The notes beneath the pieces were generated by a model that worked only from the letters and a program-made list of their open reading frames with translations, was not told where the DNA came from and made no database searches. From Escherichia coli (lineage in GTDB: Bacteria > Bacillota_I > Bacilli_A > RFN20 > CAG-826), in the NCBI GenBank assembly GCA_963630675.1, contig CAVGNR010000010.1, positions 15,685 through 79,684 of the forward strand: a stretch of 64,000 bases of DNA, read 5' to 3'. Both the position numbers and the translations under genes were made by a program. Below, piece after piece: positions 9,784 through 20,042 of the stretch (the stretch's first letter is position 1; each line of letters begins with the position of its first letter).

Positions 9784-11208
9784 ATGATTGGCAGAAAAAA
9801 AGAAACACAAGAATTAGAAAGACTGTACAATTCAAAACAAGCTGAGCTGGTGGCCGTCTATGGTCGAAGAAGGGTTGGTAAAACCTATTTAGTTAACCAA
9901 TTATTTTCCGATAAATTTCTTTTTAAACATGCTGGTTTAGCTCCTGATGACAACGAAAATTCAATAAAAGAAATGAATCGCCAGTTAAATCAGTTTTATT
10001 TGAATCTCTTAAGCTATGGCCTTAAGGAACGCAATGAACCCAAAAACTGGTTTGAAGCTTTCTTTCTTTTGCGCAAATTAATTGAGGAAAGAGACGATGG
10101 TTCACGAATTGTTATTTTTATAGACGAACTTCCTTGGATGGATTCAAAAGGTTCCGACTTTATCAAGGCTTTTGAAGGCTTTTGGAATTCTTTTGGTTGC
10201 GCAAAAGACAATTTGATGATGATTATTTGCGGTAGTGCAACTTCCTGGATGGAAAACAACTTAATTAATAATCATGGCGGTTTGTATGGGCGCGTTACTT
10301 ATGAAATCAAACTGGCTCCGTTTACTCTTTTTGAGTGTGAAGAATTTTTCAAAAACAAGAATGTTAGCCTCTCTAGATACGAAGTCACCCTTGCCTATAT
10401 GGTTTTTGGCGGTATTCCATATTATTTAAATTACATTGAGAGCCAATATTCGCTTTCGCAAAATATTGACAACCTCTTTTTTAAGAAAACAGCCAAATTA
10501 AAATTAGAATTTGATAGGCTGTTCCGATCCATCTTTGTTTATAGTGAAAAAGCAAAAGACATTGTTAAGCTTTTATATACGAATCGCTTGGGATATACGA
10601 GAAAAGAAATATCATCAAAAACGAAAATTTCCGAAGGTGGTACGTTAACGAATTATTTAAACGGTTTGATTGCAAGCAACTTTATTATCAAATACGTTCC
10701 TTTTGGGCGTAGTAAAAAAGAAGCTTATTACAAATTGGTGGACCCTTTTTGTCTCTTTTATCTTAGCTTTTGCCAGTCTGAAGTAGAAAACGAAAACTTT
10801 TTCAGCCAAAATATCTCCAATTACAAATTGAGTATTTGGTCTGGTTTTTCGTTTGAAAATGTATGTTTTAATCATATTGATCAAATTAAATTTGCTCTTG
10901 GCATATCAGGGGTAAACTCTTCTTCTAGCGCCTATTATTCCAAAGAGGATGAAATGCAAATTGACATGATTTTGTCTCGAAAGGATAACGTCATTAACAT
11001 TTGTGAAATGAAGTTCTATTCTGATGCGTTTAAATTGGATAAAGATAATTATTTAAAGATAAATCGAAGGATGAATTCCATCGCGGGGAAGGTATCTAAA
11101 AAAGCTTCCATAAGAAACGTCTTAATTACCACTTACGGATTATATAAAAACGAATATTCTTCTGTATTTGCAAATGTTATAAACCTAGATGATTTGTTCC
11201 GATTTTGA
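9784..11208 (+). CDS. AAA+ ATPase, archaeal-ATPase/DUF234 type with a C-terminal nuclease-like domain
   Basis: Walker A GRRRVGKT, Walker B IFIDELPW, C-terminal QIDMIL...ICEMKF (PD-(D/E)xK-like). Confidence 0.8.
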   Translation: MIGRKKETQELERLYNSKQAELVAVYGRRRVGKTYLVNQLFSDKFLFKHAGLAPDDNENSIKEMNRQLNQFYLNLLSYGLKERNEPKNWFEAFFLLRKLIEERDDGSRIVIFIDELPWMDSKGSDFIKAFEGFWNSFGCAKDNLMMIICGSATSWMENNLINNHGGLYGRVTYEIKLAPFTLFECEEFFKNKNVSLSRYEVTLAYMVFGGIPYYLNYIESQYSLSQNIDNLFFKKTAKLKLEFDRLFRSIFVYSEKAKDIVKLLYTNRLGYTRKEISSKTKISEGGTLTNYLNGLIASNFIIKYVPFGRSKKEAYYKLVDPFCLFYLSFCQSEVENENFFSQNISNYKLSIWSGFSFENVCFNHIDQIKFALGISGVNSSSSAYYSKEDEMQIDMILSRKDNVINICEMKFYSDAFKLDKDNYLKINRRMNSIAGKVSKKASIRNVLITTYGLYKNEYSSVFANVINLDDLFRF

Positions 11209-11429
11209 TTTTTTCAATTTATAGTCATCGCTTAAAAAAGTGACGCATTAAGAACGTCATTGTTTTTCATTTTCAACAAAAATGCTTCGATAATAAGGTT
11301 TTGTTTAAACACTAGGGAATCTGTTTAAATCATTTTTTCTCTGCCTTTATTACTATTAATTCGATGAAAAAGGAAAACTCATCCGGATAAAAAGAGCAAA
11401 AGAGCAATCAATCGTAAAGGAGAAAGAAT

Positions 11430-12029
11430 ATGGCAGATTTACAGGCGATTTTTGATAAGTGCAAGTTGGCGTATAAAGTAACTTGCGCGGACATTAGTGT
11501 GATGGGGAAGTGGCTTAGCGAACGTTTAGACAACGGGAAAAAGGAAAGATTTAATTCGGAGCTTCTTTGTAAGAACTTTGATATTGTTCTTCAATTCTCT
11601 TTGTTACAAATTGCGGTTGCAGATAATGATTTAGACTCAAAAGAAGTGGTTTTCATTCGGGATTTAACAATAAATGGCGATTTTATTGAGTATCTTAATT
11701 CTCTTGTCGAAAACAAAATTGACTGGGAGACACTCTATAGTGCAGATGTTTTCGAATTGAAGGGATTACTTAAAGATATTGAACCGCTCATGGAAAGTTT
11801 GAGTAACGATCTCGCTGCCGCTTTTGCTATTTGTGATGTAAGTACCATCTATAATTGTGTATCTGATTTGAAAACGTCGATTATGACCATCATCAATGGG
11901 TTAGGCAAAATGGATGGTGATTTCTCTTATTTAGAACAACATGCCGATTGCCTTATTGTTCGTGTGATTTCAGAAATTGAAAACAAAAAAGAAAAGCTGA
12001 AAATACAATTCCCGGAAGATTTTAATTAA
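11430..12029 (+). CDS. hypothetical cytoplasmic protein (weak TerB-like signature)
   Basis: 199-aa ORF with RBS AAGGAGAAAG upstream. IAVADNDLDSKEVVFIRDL resembles a TerB-type motif. No firm assignment. Confidence 0.35.
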   Translation: MADLQAIFDKCKLAYKVTCADISVMGKWLSERLDNGKKERFNSELLCKNFDIVLQFSLLQIAVADNDLDSKEVVFIRDLTINGDFIEYLNSLVENKIDWETLYSADVFELKGLLKDIEPLMESLSNDLAAAFAICDVSTIYNCVSDLKTSIMTIINGLGKMDGDFSYLEQHADCLIVRVISEIENKKEKLKIQFPEDFN

Positions 12030-12175
12030 GGAAAAGTTTTATGGATAAAGCAACATTACAACAACTTAGTTATGCGATTGCGTTTTTAACTTCCTGGATA
12101 AATAAAGGTCCTGGAGTTTGAAGTGAGACCCAAATGTTGGATTTGCTTCTAATATCCCAGTTGAACAAAGGGCTT

Positions 12176-13528
12176 TTAATCGTTTATCGGCACAAAAGTT
12201 TTCATCATTCTTTTTAACAAAAATGTGCAGAAATATGGAAAAGTGTATATATGTTCGTTGTAACCGACATTATTTGTTGATAATTTGAAACCGTATGCAA
12301 TGTCCGGATATTCGTTAGAAGAGATCAATGTTCTTAAAGACTTTGAATGGCCGCCTTTTGCTTTCACTTCGATAGGTATCAGATTATTTGCCGTACGAAT
12401 GAAGAAGTCTTCTTCTAATGTTCCATTGTCTTTTTTGTAGTAGTAGAGCTTGTAACCGGATTTAACTAATGCTTCAGCGACGATGTTTTCATAAAGCGCA
12501 CCTTTATAAACACCAAGATTTTTATTTGCTCGCAAATCTTCTTGCGATTCTTCATCTAAGAGCGAAACAAGCAAACCCGTATCAGAGAAATACAACTTAT
12601 ATTTGTCAATATCGCAATTCCCTGAGAGGGGCAATTCCGCCACATTCAAACAATAACACGCGTTGATGACTCCTACGTCTACAAGCCATTCGGTGCAACC
12701 ACGATAATCACGGAATTTCGCATTTTTTTCGACTTTCGAAATCTGGAATTTTTTGTTTTCCTTCGCTAATTGAGACGGAACGCTATTGAAAACGTTTAAT
12801 ATTCTTGTTTGATCAATCCCCTCTGCATATTTCTTTATGTCTTCTTTATAGTCGGCTATAAGCTGATGTTGGGTATCGAGAGAGCCTTCAAAAGTCCCTT
12901 TCTCTATATATTCTTTTATAACTGCAGGCATTCCGCCAAGAATCACGTAGTCTAGGAAAATCCCATGAAATAGGGACATTTCAAGTTCACTAAAAGGAGT
13001 AAGTGTTTTCATGTGCGAAAGAATATCTTCTATGGTTGCTTCGCTATAACCTTTCGCCCATAGAAATTCTTCGAAATCCATTGAATACATCTCGTAGTCA
13101 GTCTTATATCCAACGCTGTTACTTTCAATCTTTTTGTAATTTATTCCAAGCATAGAGCCGCTGCAAATAACGTCAAAACGCCCATCTTCCTTAAAGAACT
13201 TCAAAGAAGTTGCAATATCGGGAAAATCGCTTATTTCATCAAAAAATATTAATGTTTTCCCAGGTATAAAGGATTTAGAAGGGTCCAGCAATGAAATATT
13301 TTTTATGATTGCTGAAGCACTATACCCATCTAAGGTTATTTTTTTATACTTTTCGTCTTTTACGAAATTGATTTCAATGACACTTTGGTAACCTGCCACT
13401 TTGGCAAAATGCCTAATGGATTCGGTTTTACCTACTTGTCGGCATCCCTTTACTATTAAAGGCTTTTTGTCTTTGTCTTCCTTCCATTTTAAAAGAAAGT
13501 CATCTATCTTACGTTTTAAATAGGTCAT
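12176..13528 (-). CDS. AAA+ ATPase with DUF4143-type C-terminal nuclease-like domain (COG1373 family)
   Basis: Walker A GCRQVGKT, Walker B IFFDEI, C-terminal EEDFFI...IPIEVKAKG. Confidence 0.85.
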   Translation of the reverse strand: MTYLKRKIDDFLLKWKEDKDKKPLIVKGCRQVGKTESIRHFAKVAGYQSVIEINFVKDEKYKKITLDGYSASAIIKNISLLDPSKSFIPGKTLIFFDEISDFPDIATSLKFFKEDGRFDVICSGSMLGINYKKIESNSVGYKTDYEMYSMDFEEFLWAKGYSEATIEDILSHMKTLTPFSELEMSLFHGIFLDYVILGGMPAVIKEYIEKGTFEGSLDTQHQLIADYKEDIKKYAEGIDQTRILNVFNSVPSQLAKENKKFQISKVEKNAKFRDYRGCTEWLVDVGVINACYCLNVAELPLSGNCDIDKYKLYFSDTGLLVSLLDEESQEDLRANKNLGVYKGALYENIVAEALVKSGYKLYYYKKDNGTLEEDFFIRTANNLIPIEVKAKGGHSKSLRTLISSNEYPDIAYGFKLSTNNVGYNEHIYTFPYFCTFLLKRMMKTFVPIND

Positions 13529-13600
13529 TTCTATAAAAACCTCCGAAAAATTCTAAAAATATTATGCTAAGTTTGTAGATAAAAATCAATGTCGCTCACA

Positions 13601-13648
13601 TTTTCGTAGCGAAAAATATTAATGTTAAACACCTTTTCGTAGCGAAAA
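13601..13648. promoter_or_regulatory. two copies of the palindromic word TTTTCGTAGCGAAAA, 33 bp apart, upstream of the 12176-13528 ATPase
   Basis: Exact copies at 13601-13615 and 13634-13648. They lie just upstream of a TTGATT-17-CATAAT promoter-like element on the minus strand. Confidence 0.55.
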
Positions 13649-13914
13649 TAATGCACTCTACACACATTTTATGAGGGAAAAGATGTGTTCAACTGTTTTA
13701 ACCGCCAAGTTTATTGCACTTCATGAGTGAGTTTGGAATTACAAATCGAATTCGATAAGTTTGCGAAGGCTTTATGTTTTGATACTGGAACTCCTTAAAA
13801 ATGTTGTGACAATTTTGGGAATTTCTTAAAAAATTGCTACATTCATGGGAAATCGTCTAAATGCTAACTGAAAGCCTTATGAGACTTATTATGAAATAAA
13901 ATGTCCATCAAGAA

Positions 13915-14958
13915 TCAGTCTTTCTGTTGCTCTTCCATGCCCGCTGAAGCAGTCTTTTGTTCTTCAACAAACTTCTCAGCTTGTTTCTTTGTTTGCTCAG
14001 GAACGTGATATTCTTTCTTTTCCTTTTCTTCTACGACAAGACGTTCATAATCGAAATCGATGCCGTTTTTCAAGAAAATCTGATGGTATTCTCTTAAGAT
14101 ATCTCTTTGCACTTGGAAACGATCCTCTTCTTTGCATTTAGCAAGGAGCTTTAATGCCACATTGCTTTCTTTGTATTCGGAAACGCCTTTGTAGAAAGGC
14201 CCTTCAATGATTTCAGGGATCTTTTCCTTCATGGCAGGAAGGTTCTCTTTCAATATTTTCTCTACCAATTCGATAGGGACATCATAGCTGACTTCACAAT
14301 CTACGACTGCTAAGGATAATTCACGAGAAAGATTAACGACATTCTTAATGTCAGAATTGTTGATGATTTTGATATTTCCAGCAGCATCCGTAATTTTTGT
14401 GGCGCGGATACCAATTTCCGTCACGGTTCCTCTAAAACCATCGATGGATACAATCTCACCGACGTTGTATTCGTTTTCAAAGATGATGAAAACGCCAGCG
14501 ATAATATCAGCGATAAGGGATTGGGCTCCAAGACCTATGATCAGGGTAATAACACCAACGGATTCCCAAATAGCTCTTGTATTCACGCCGAAAGCATTCA
14601 AGATAAGGAAGAAGAGGGCAATTGCACTTCCGTATTTGATAAGGCCATCTAATAGAGTGATAACGGTCTTAGCACGATCAGAGCGTTGCATGATGTTTTT
14701 AAAAATCATTCGAATTAGCTTAGATAAAGCGATAACGATAACAATTAAGATCAAGCAATGGATGAAGACCTTGTAGTTTTCTTGTAACATCCCTGGGATT
14801 GCGCTTAGATCTATGACGTTTTCTTTTGACCAAGGGACGAAACCGTTCTCTGGTGGCAGAGCCAATTGCAAAATGCAAATCAAAACAAATAGAAGCAAGA
14901 TTGCACTTAGCAATATCGTCGAGATCCATTTCGACACCTTTCTCTTTTTCTTTTCCAT
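13915..14958 (-). CDS. small-conductance mechanosensitive channel (MscS family)
   Basis: TM helices followed by GAQSLIADIIAGVFIIFENEYNVGEIVSIDGFRGTVTEIGIRATKI, the MscS pore and beta-domain signature. Confidence 0.9.
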   Translation of the reverse strand: MEKKKRKVSKWISTILLSAILLLFVLICILQLALPPENGFVPWSKENVIDLSAIPGMLQENYKVFIHCLILIVIVIALSKLIRMIFKNIMQRSDRAKTVITLLDGLIKYGSAIALFFLILNAFGVNTRAIWESVGVITLIIGLGAQSLIADIIAGVFIIFENEYNVGEIVSIDGFRGTVTEIGIRATKITDAAGNIKIINNSDIKNVVNLSRELSLAVVDCEVSYDVPIELVEKILKENLPAMKEKIPEIIEGPFYKGVSEYKESNVALKLLAKCKEEDRFQVQRDILREYHQIFLKNGIDFDYERLVVEEKEKKEYHVPEQTKKQAEKFVEEQKTASAGMEEQQKD

Positions 14959-14970
14959 ATCATTTACCTC

Positions 14971-17130
14971 CTATGCATTGATATTGAAATTGTATGTTTT
15001 ATATCGATTACCCTTCATCTCACACTCGGTTGAATAGGACGCATAATTGCCATCATATAAAGTCATACTCAACGTCATCTGTTTTCCTAGGACGTTTCCA
15101 GGAACAAGAGACATATAGGAACCAGCATGTTCTACGTACTCATTAAAGTAATAATAAATTCCATCAATCAAAAGCTCGTTCTTGATGAAATAGTTTGAAT
15201 CGTTATAGACGATAATCTTAGTGGAATTACTTGTTTCATCGTAACTTGCCTCATAACGAATGGGTTCATTCTCTTTTAGCCTTAAAGAACCCGAAGGCAT
15301 CTCTTTACTCATCTGATAGGTGATTCCGTCCTTTTCGTAATTTATAAAATATATTGGGCGATAATCAAGGGCTGGCAAATCCTCCATAATGGAATAGGTA
15401 CCTGTCGTTTTGCTATGTATGGCGTTTATATATTTCATTTCGCCAGTGGTGGTATCTTCAGTGGCTCCTTCATATAGCATCGTGTCTAAATAAATATTTG
15501 GATTAGAAGAAGAGAAACCGACTTTTCGGTAAACGTTAACCGTATCATCATCGTTATAGGTGACGACAAAGTCATTCGGATTGACATAATCAGAGATTGT
15601 CGGTTCAACATAAGTACTACGGATTTCACTTGCACCAAGGATTGTATAATCTGACACTTTCTTCCATTCGTTTCCATCCGGAGAGAGGATAGCAAGGGAA
15701 AGAGTATCCCCATCGGCAGATGGTACCTTCTTTAGATAATAAGAGTCCGTTAATGCGAATTTTTCATCGATTGTTCGATCTTGGTTATAAATTGCAATGG
15801 AATAATCATTTGGAAGAAGATAATCGAATTCAAAACTCAAAGGAATGTAATCAGTTCCTGCCTCTGTCAAATCTGCACGTAACGATGTGACATTGAGGTA
15901 ATATTGCAAATTGTAGGTGTTCTCAATAATAGGCACTTTATGTGTATAACTATCTAAACTCTTGTTTTGGAACTCTAATTCACCAGATAAAACAAGGTTT
16001 CCGATTTCACCTTCATACTCGTCTAAGACAATTGTTCCGGCTTTCTCTAAGTTTTGAATTGTTTTCTTTTTCCTTCCTGCCCCATTATCTAAAGTGAGAT
16101 ATAAGCAAAAAGAAGAAAACTCATAAATGGTGTCAAAAGAATAGGACAAAGTGAAATTTTGACCATCAAAACCAAATGTATTGTCAAAAGAAAGACGAGG
16201 AAGAGAGACTACGCTATAATCGGATGCCATATATTGCTCAGAAACAATCTCTTCATAGGCAAAATAAGAAATATCTTTATAAGTTAAGAAGAGATTCTGA
16301 CCGTATGGGACATGCAATTTCACTAAAGGGTCCGTTCCTTTATAGCTATCTAACACTTCGCCTTCTCTTGTAACAGCGGAAACCTCATATTGGAAAACAT
16401 CTGGATAAGGACTTTGGTACCCCGTATTAATTTCGACTTCATACATATCCGTTTCGGCAAATGTTATCTTTGTTTCTGTTGGTTTTAGTTTCTGATAGTT
16501 CCCTTGGTAACTTTGATCAAGATTAAACGGGATCAAAGAAGAGGAATAAATGACGTTTTCTTTTTCCTCCTCCGAATAGGAAAGAAGAGCATAGCGATAG
16601 GATTCAAGACCATAGATTGTTTCCACATCAAAAGAAAAATGCGTATCGGTAAAGATTAAATCCGTATAGTATTCTTCTTTTCTCTCGTTCTTTCCGTATT
16701 CTTCCACCAATGCGCAATAACGGGAAGCCTCATTGCCAATCTCCATTTCTCCTTCGATAGAAATCTGATGAAAAGAAGTCTTATCGACCAAAGAGTCTGT
16801 AATTAAAGTTCCAAACGGACTTTTCTCTTTAATTACTTCAGGTACAAATCCAAGGACGGTAGCGGAAACAACGGCAACTGCAGTCGTGGTAACAACCGTT
16901 GAAGTATGGGAAACAATCTTATCTTTTAGTTTATCGAACTTGCTAAGCCCCTCTTTTTCTTCTTTCTTAGGAGGCTCTTCCCCTAAAGAGATTTCTTTTA
17001 CGTCAAAATCCTCTTTAGCTTCGTTTTTTAACTCTAGCGTTTTGTAATCTTCCGCAGGAAAAAGGGAATACTCTTCACATGCATTCTCTTCGTTGCCCGA
17101 AAAGATTTCAGAATCCCCTTCGCTTTTCAT
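14971..17130 (-). CDS. hypothetical single-pass membrane protein with a large extracytoplasmic domain
   Basis: 719-aa ORF: acidic N-terminal region, one TM (VVTTTAVAVVSATVLGFV), then about 620 aa rich in Y/S/T/N. No recognisable motif. Confidence 0.5.
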   Translation of the reverse strand: MKSEGDSEIFSGNEENACEEYSLFPAEDYKTLELKNEAKEDFDVKEISLGEEPPKKEEKEGLSKFDKLKDKIVSHTSTVVTTTAVAVVSATVLGFVPEVIKEKSPFGTLITDSLVDKTSFHQISIEGEMEIGNEASRYCALVEEYGKNERKEEYYTDLIFTDTHFSFDVETIYGLESYRYALLSYSEEEKENVIYSSSLIPFNLDQSYQGNYQKLKPTETKITFAETDMYEVEINTGYQSPYPDVFQYEVSAVTREGEVLDSYKGTDPLVKLHVPYGQNLFLTYKDISYFAYEEIVSEQYMASDYSVVSLPRLSFDNTFGFDGQNFTLSYSFDTIYEFSSFCLYLTLDNGAGRKKKTIQNLEKAGTIVLDEYEGEIGNLVLSGELEFQNKSLDSYTHKVPIIENTYNLQYYLNVTSLRADLTEAGTDYIPLSFEFDYLLPNDYSIAIYNQDRTIDEKFALTDSYYLKKVPSADGDTLSLAILSPDGNEWKKVSDYTILGASEIRSTYVEPTISDYVNPNDFVVTYNDDDTVNVYRKVGFSSSNPNIYLDTMLYEGATEDTTTGEMKYINAIHSKTTGTYSIMEDLPALDYRPIYFINYEKDGITYQMSKEMPSGSLRLKENEPIRYEASYDETSNSTKIIVYNDSNYFIKNELLIDGIYYYFNEYVEHAGSYMSLVPGNVLGKQMTLSMTLYDGNYASYSTECEMKGNRYKTYNFNINA

Positions 17131-17243
17131 GTCCTCTTCACTTTATCGAAAAAGGAAGGGATATTCAAAACAAAATATTTGTTTCCTATGAAAAAATGAG
17201 GTCTTCTCCTTTACTACATCATTTCATAGTGAAGTAGAATTTT

Positions 17244-17322
17244 TTGGAAAAGTCCGTTTTTAGACGTCATAATTGTTTGGAAAAGTCCCAAAAACGATAT
17301 AAAAATATATTGGAAAAGTCCC
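17244..17322. promoter_or_regulatory. three copies of the word TTGGAAAAGTCC at exact 33-bp spacing, overlapping the promoter of the 17354 ATPase
   Basis: Copies start at 17244, 17277 and 17310. The last supplies a -35-like TTGGAA, 16 nt before TATAAT (17332-17337). Confidence 0.6.
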
Positions 17323-17353
17323 AAAACGTTTTATAATTCTTTTAAGAAATGTT

Positions 17354-18664
17354 ATGTTTTATAGGAAAATTGAAGAAAGAATAAACGATTATTACTTAGA
17401 TAAGGGTGCCAAAATCCTCGTTATCGATGGAGCGAGACAAATAGGGAAGAGTTTTATTATTAGGGAGACTGGTAAAAGGTTCTTTAAGCATTTCATTGAA
17501 ATAAATCTTAAGGATGATTGGGAAGGAAACAGGTTCTTTGAAAATGTTCGCACAATCGAAGATTTTTACTTGCAGGTTAGTGCTCTTTACGGAAATGATT
17601 TAGGTAATGTTTCCGATACGATGATCTTTTTGGACGAAATACAATCTTATCCTCATTTGCTAACGATGTTAAAGCCGTTAAAGGCTGATGCTAGGTATCG
17701 CTATATCTGTAGTGGTTCTCTTTTAGGGATCACCCTTCAACATACTTTTATTCCAATGGGCAGCATCGACGAAGTGAAAATGTTTCCCATGGATTTTGAG
17801 GAGTTTCTTTTGGCAAGTAACGTTGGGAAGGACGTCATTTCTTATTTAAGAAATTGTTTTGTAAAGCGAACTCCACCCACAGAGGGAATCCATAAAACGA
17901 TACTGGGGCTATTTAAGCGTTATTTGCTTTCTGGCGGTCTTCCTGATTCTGTAAAAGCCTTCGTGGAAGCAAAGAACGTTTATGAGATGAGAGAAAATCA
18001 AACCCTCACCTATAAATATTATTCTGATGATGCAGCAAAATACGACAAGGAACATTCATTAAAAATAAGACGTATCTACGATTATTTGTCTTCCTATATG
18101 GAAAATAAAGTCAAACGTATCCAATTTAATAAGATCGAAGGAACGTCTAAAGCTTCGATGGGTCGTTATCAGGATGAATTTGATTACTTAATCTCTTCTG
18201 GTTGCGTTTTAGATGCTAAAGCCGTTAGTAATCCGGTATTTCCTCTTTGCCAATCAACAAGTAAAAATCTAATAAAACTCTATTATAACGACGTTGGATT
18301 ACTTACTAATATTTTGTATAAGAACAATATCGATGCCCTTTTAAATAAAGACCGTGGAGTTAATTTAGGTAGCGTGTATGAAACGGTTTGTGCGATGGAA
18401 TTATCTGCCCATGGGCATGAATTGTACTATTTTGATAGCAAAAAAGTCGGGGAAGTGGACTTTTTGCTCAATGATTACGAAAACACGTCTATCCTTCCTA
18501 TCGAAATAAAATCGGGGAACGATCAAAATAATTTTAGGGCTATACCCAAGCTCGTAAAAGAGCCTTACAACCTACGGCAAGGCTACATTTTCGGGAATGA
18601 AAACATCATTGAAGAGAAATCGAATTTGATTACTTTTCCAATATACATGATTATGTTCGTTTGA
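17354..18664 (+). CDS. AAA+ ATPase with DUF4143-type C-terminal domain
   Basis: Walker A GARQIGKS, Walker B IFLDEIQ, C-terminal EVDFLL...LPIEIKSGN. Confidence 0.85.
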   Translation: MFYRKIEERINDYYLDKGAKILVIDGARQIGKSFIIRETGKRFFKHFIEINLKDDWEGNRFFENVRTIEDFYLQVSALYGNDLGNVSDTMIFLDEIQSYPHLLTMLKPLKADARYRYICSGSLLGITLQHTFIPMGSIDEVKMFPMDFEEFLLASNVGKDVISYLRNCFVKRTPPTEGIHKTILGLFKRYLLSGGLPDSVKAFVEAKNVYEMRENQTLTYKYYSDDAAKYDKEHSLKIRRIYDYLSSYMENKVKRIQFNKIEGTSKASMGRYQDEFDYLISSGCVLDAKAVSNPVFPLCQSTSKNLIKLYYNDVGLLTNILYKNNIDALLNKDRGVNLGSVYETVCAMELSAHGHELYYFDSKKVGEVDFLLNDYENTSILPIEIKSGNDQNNFRAIPKLVKEPYNLRQGYIFGNENIIEEKSNLITFPIYMIMFV

Positions 18665-18714
18665 GATTTTATTCTTTTCTTACTTATGACTATTTGATGT
18701 GTACGAATCATTAA

Positions 18715-19092
18715 TCAAAGCATGGACTTAACCCAAGAAAGAAAACTAGGATAGTCTATTTTTCCAGATGCTAGGGAGAGGAACTCTTTAATCACTTCCT
18801 CATTTGTTGCTTTTAGTGATATGCCATTGGCATCAAGACTTAAGTCTAGCACTTTTGCGGTGATTCTTTTGTTTCCGTCTACGAAAGGATGATCCATAAC
18901 CAAACCGAATGAAAGCCGGGCTATCTTATCGATTATCGTGGGATAGAGGTCTTGCGAATCAAAGGTTTGAAGAGGGGTGTTTATAGCTGAATCTAACATG
19001 GCCTCATCACGGATTCCGTCACCGCCACCGTAATTGCTGATCAACTCCGAATGAAGGAAAATAATATCTTCTTTCGAAAGGAAGAAACTCAT
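18715..19092 (-). CDS. doc: Doc (death-on-curing) family Fic-fold toxin
   Basis: HPFVDGNKRI motif, 125 aa, 4-nt overlap with the upstream antitoxin gene. Confidence 0.85.
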   Translation of the reverse strand: MSFFLSKEDIIFLHSELISNYGGGDGIRDEAMLDSAINTPLQTFDSQDLYPTIIDKIARLSFGLVMDHPFVDGNKRITAKVLDLSLDANGISLKATNEEVIKEFLSLASGKIDYPSFLSWVKSML

Positions 19093-19343
19093 TTTGCTAA
19101 CTCCTCGTATGCTTTGTGATATTTCTTGTCAGATTTCTTCGAGAGTTCTATAAGCATTTTTCTGTCCATGTATTGGATTTCGGTGTTCTTGGTAATCTTA
19201 AAAGGTATACTTTGTTCTCTAAGAGCTTGTTTGGCAAACATATTGAAGGCTGCATTCATCGTGAGACCAAATTCCGAGAAGAGCTTCTCTACCTGCGCCT
19301 TATCATTGGCGTCCATTCTAATTGTTACATTTACACTTGCCAT
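19089..19343 (-). CDS. RelB/DinJ-type ribbon-helix-helix antitoxin
   Basis: Start at MASVNVTIRMD with RBS GGAG upstream. VNVTIRMDANDKAQVEKLFSEFGLTMNAAFNMFAKQALREQSIPF is the DinJ/RelB pattern. Confidence 0.75.
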   Translation of the reverse strand: MASVNVTIRMDANDKAQVEKLFSEFGLTMNAAFNMFAKQALREQSIPFKITKNTEIQYMDRKMLIELSKKSDKKYHKAYEELAK

Positions 19344-19582
19344 AGGTAATATCTCCTTTTTCTGGATACATTTTAGCACTTGATTGGAAAAGAACAAATA
19401 AAAAAGAAGTGCAATATACGTGCAAAACAAATACATTTGCTCAAAAAGTGTAGCGCCGGAACAACAAACGTCACCACTTTCCTTGTTATAAAAACAGCGA
19501 TTAAAACACTAGCCGACCAGTGTTTTCATCGGAAAATATATAAAAAGCTTACCAACGGATAATTGTGGTGGGAGGCTAATAA

Positions 19583-19822
19583 ATGTATTTAAAACGAGAT
19601 ATCGATCAAAGAGAAATCAATCTTCTTTATGTGGATAGGAATGCCATCTATCCTATCGAAGTCAAAAAAGGCGAAGCACCAAATAAACGGACAAAGAACT
19701 TTAACGTTCTGTCGAAATACCATATGGAGATAAAACCAGGACTGGTGGTGGATTGTTGCGATAAAATGCGTCCAATTAACGAAAAAGCCTATACTTTCCC
19801 CGTTTATTTGTTAGGAGCATAA
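19583..19822 (+). pseudogene. C-terminal remnant of a DUF4143-type ATPase
   Basis: Only the nuclease-like tail survives (EINLLYVDRNAIYPIEVKKGE...YTFPVYLL). There is no AAA domain upstream. Confidence 0.7.
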
Positions 19823-19972
19823 ACATGAAATGAGCTAAGTGGTCTTAAACGACATCGCTCTTTTGAAATGGAGAATAGAGATTTTTGGTGGTTCATCTCC
19901 TTTGTTGATGAATGTCATGTGACTATGTGTCACGTTGTCCATAGGAGAAAAATTTATTTACTTGCTTGAATG

Positions 19973-20002
19973 TCCTAACTAAAATTTTTGCAAGTTCTTG
20001 CA
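19973..20002. repeat. 30-bp direct repeat (TCCTAACTAAAATTTTTGCAAGTTCTTGCA), downstream copy
   Basis: 29/30 identical to 21301-21330. It contains the palindromic word TGCAAG-TT-CTTGCA. Confidence 0.85.
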
Positions 20003-20042
20003 CATTTAAAATTTAGAAATCGATAAGATTATGAGCGAATTT

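Noticed and set aside
13730-13775. ATGAGTGAGTTTGG...GAATTCGAT resembling the Fic start ATGAGAGAATTCGAT, as another orphan leader
   Set aside because: The match is too short, and in AT-rich sequence I cannot distinguish it from chance by eye.
14348-14776. 142-aa antisense ORF inside the MscS gene, and similar antisense ORFs such as 42873-43241, 8048-8359 and 48904-49233
   Set aside because: They lie fully within strongly supported genes on the opposite strand. They have no RBS, and their composition is low-complexity or mirrors the opposite-strand codons, so they are shadow ORFs.
17244-17322. Regularly spaced short repeats (33-bp period here, 23-bp at 23533, 41-bp at 21618) as mini-CRISPR arrays
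   Set aside because: There are only 2-3 units and the repeats are 12-22 nt. The intervening sequences are too short for spacers, and no cas genes are present. The position over promoters fits operators better.
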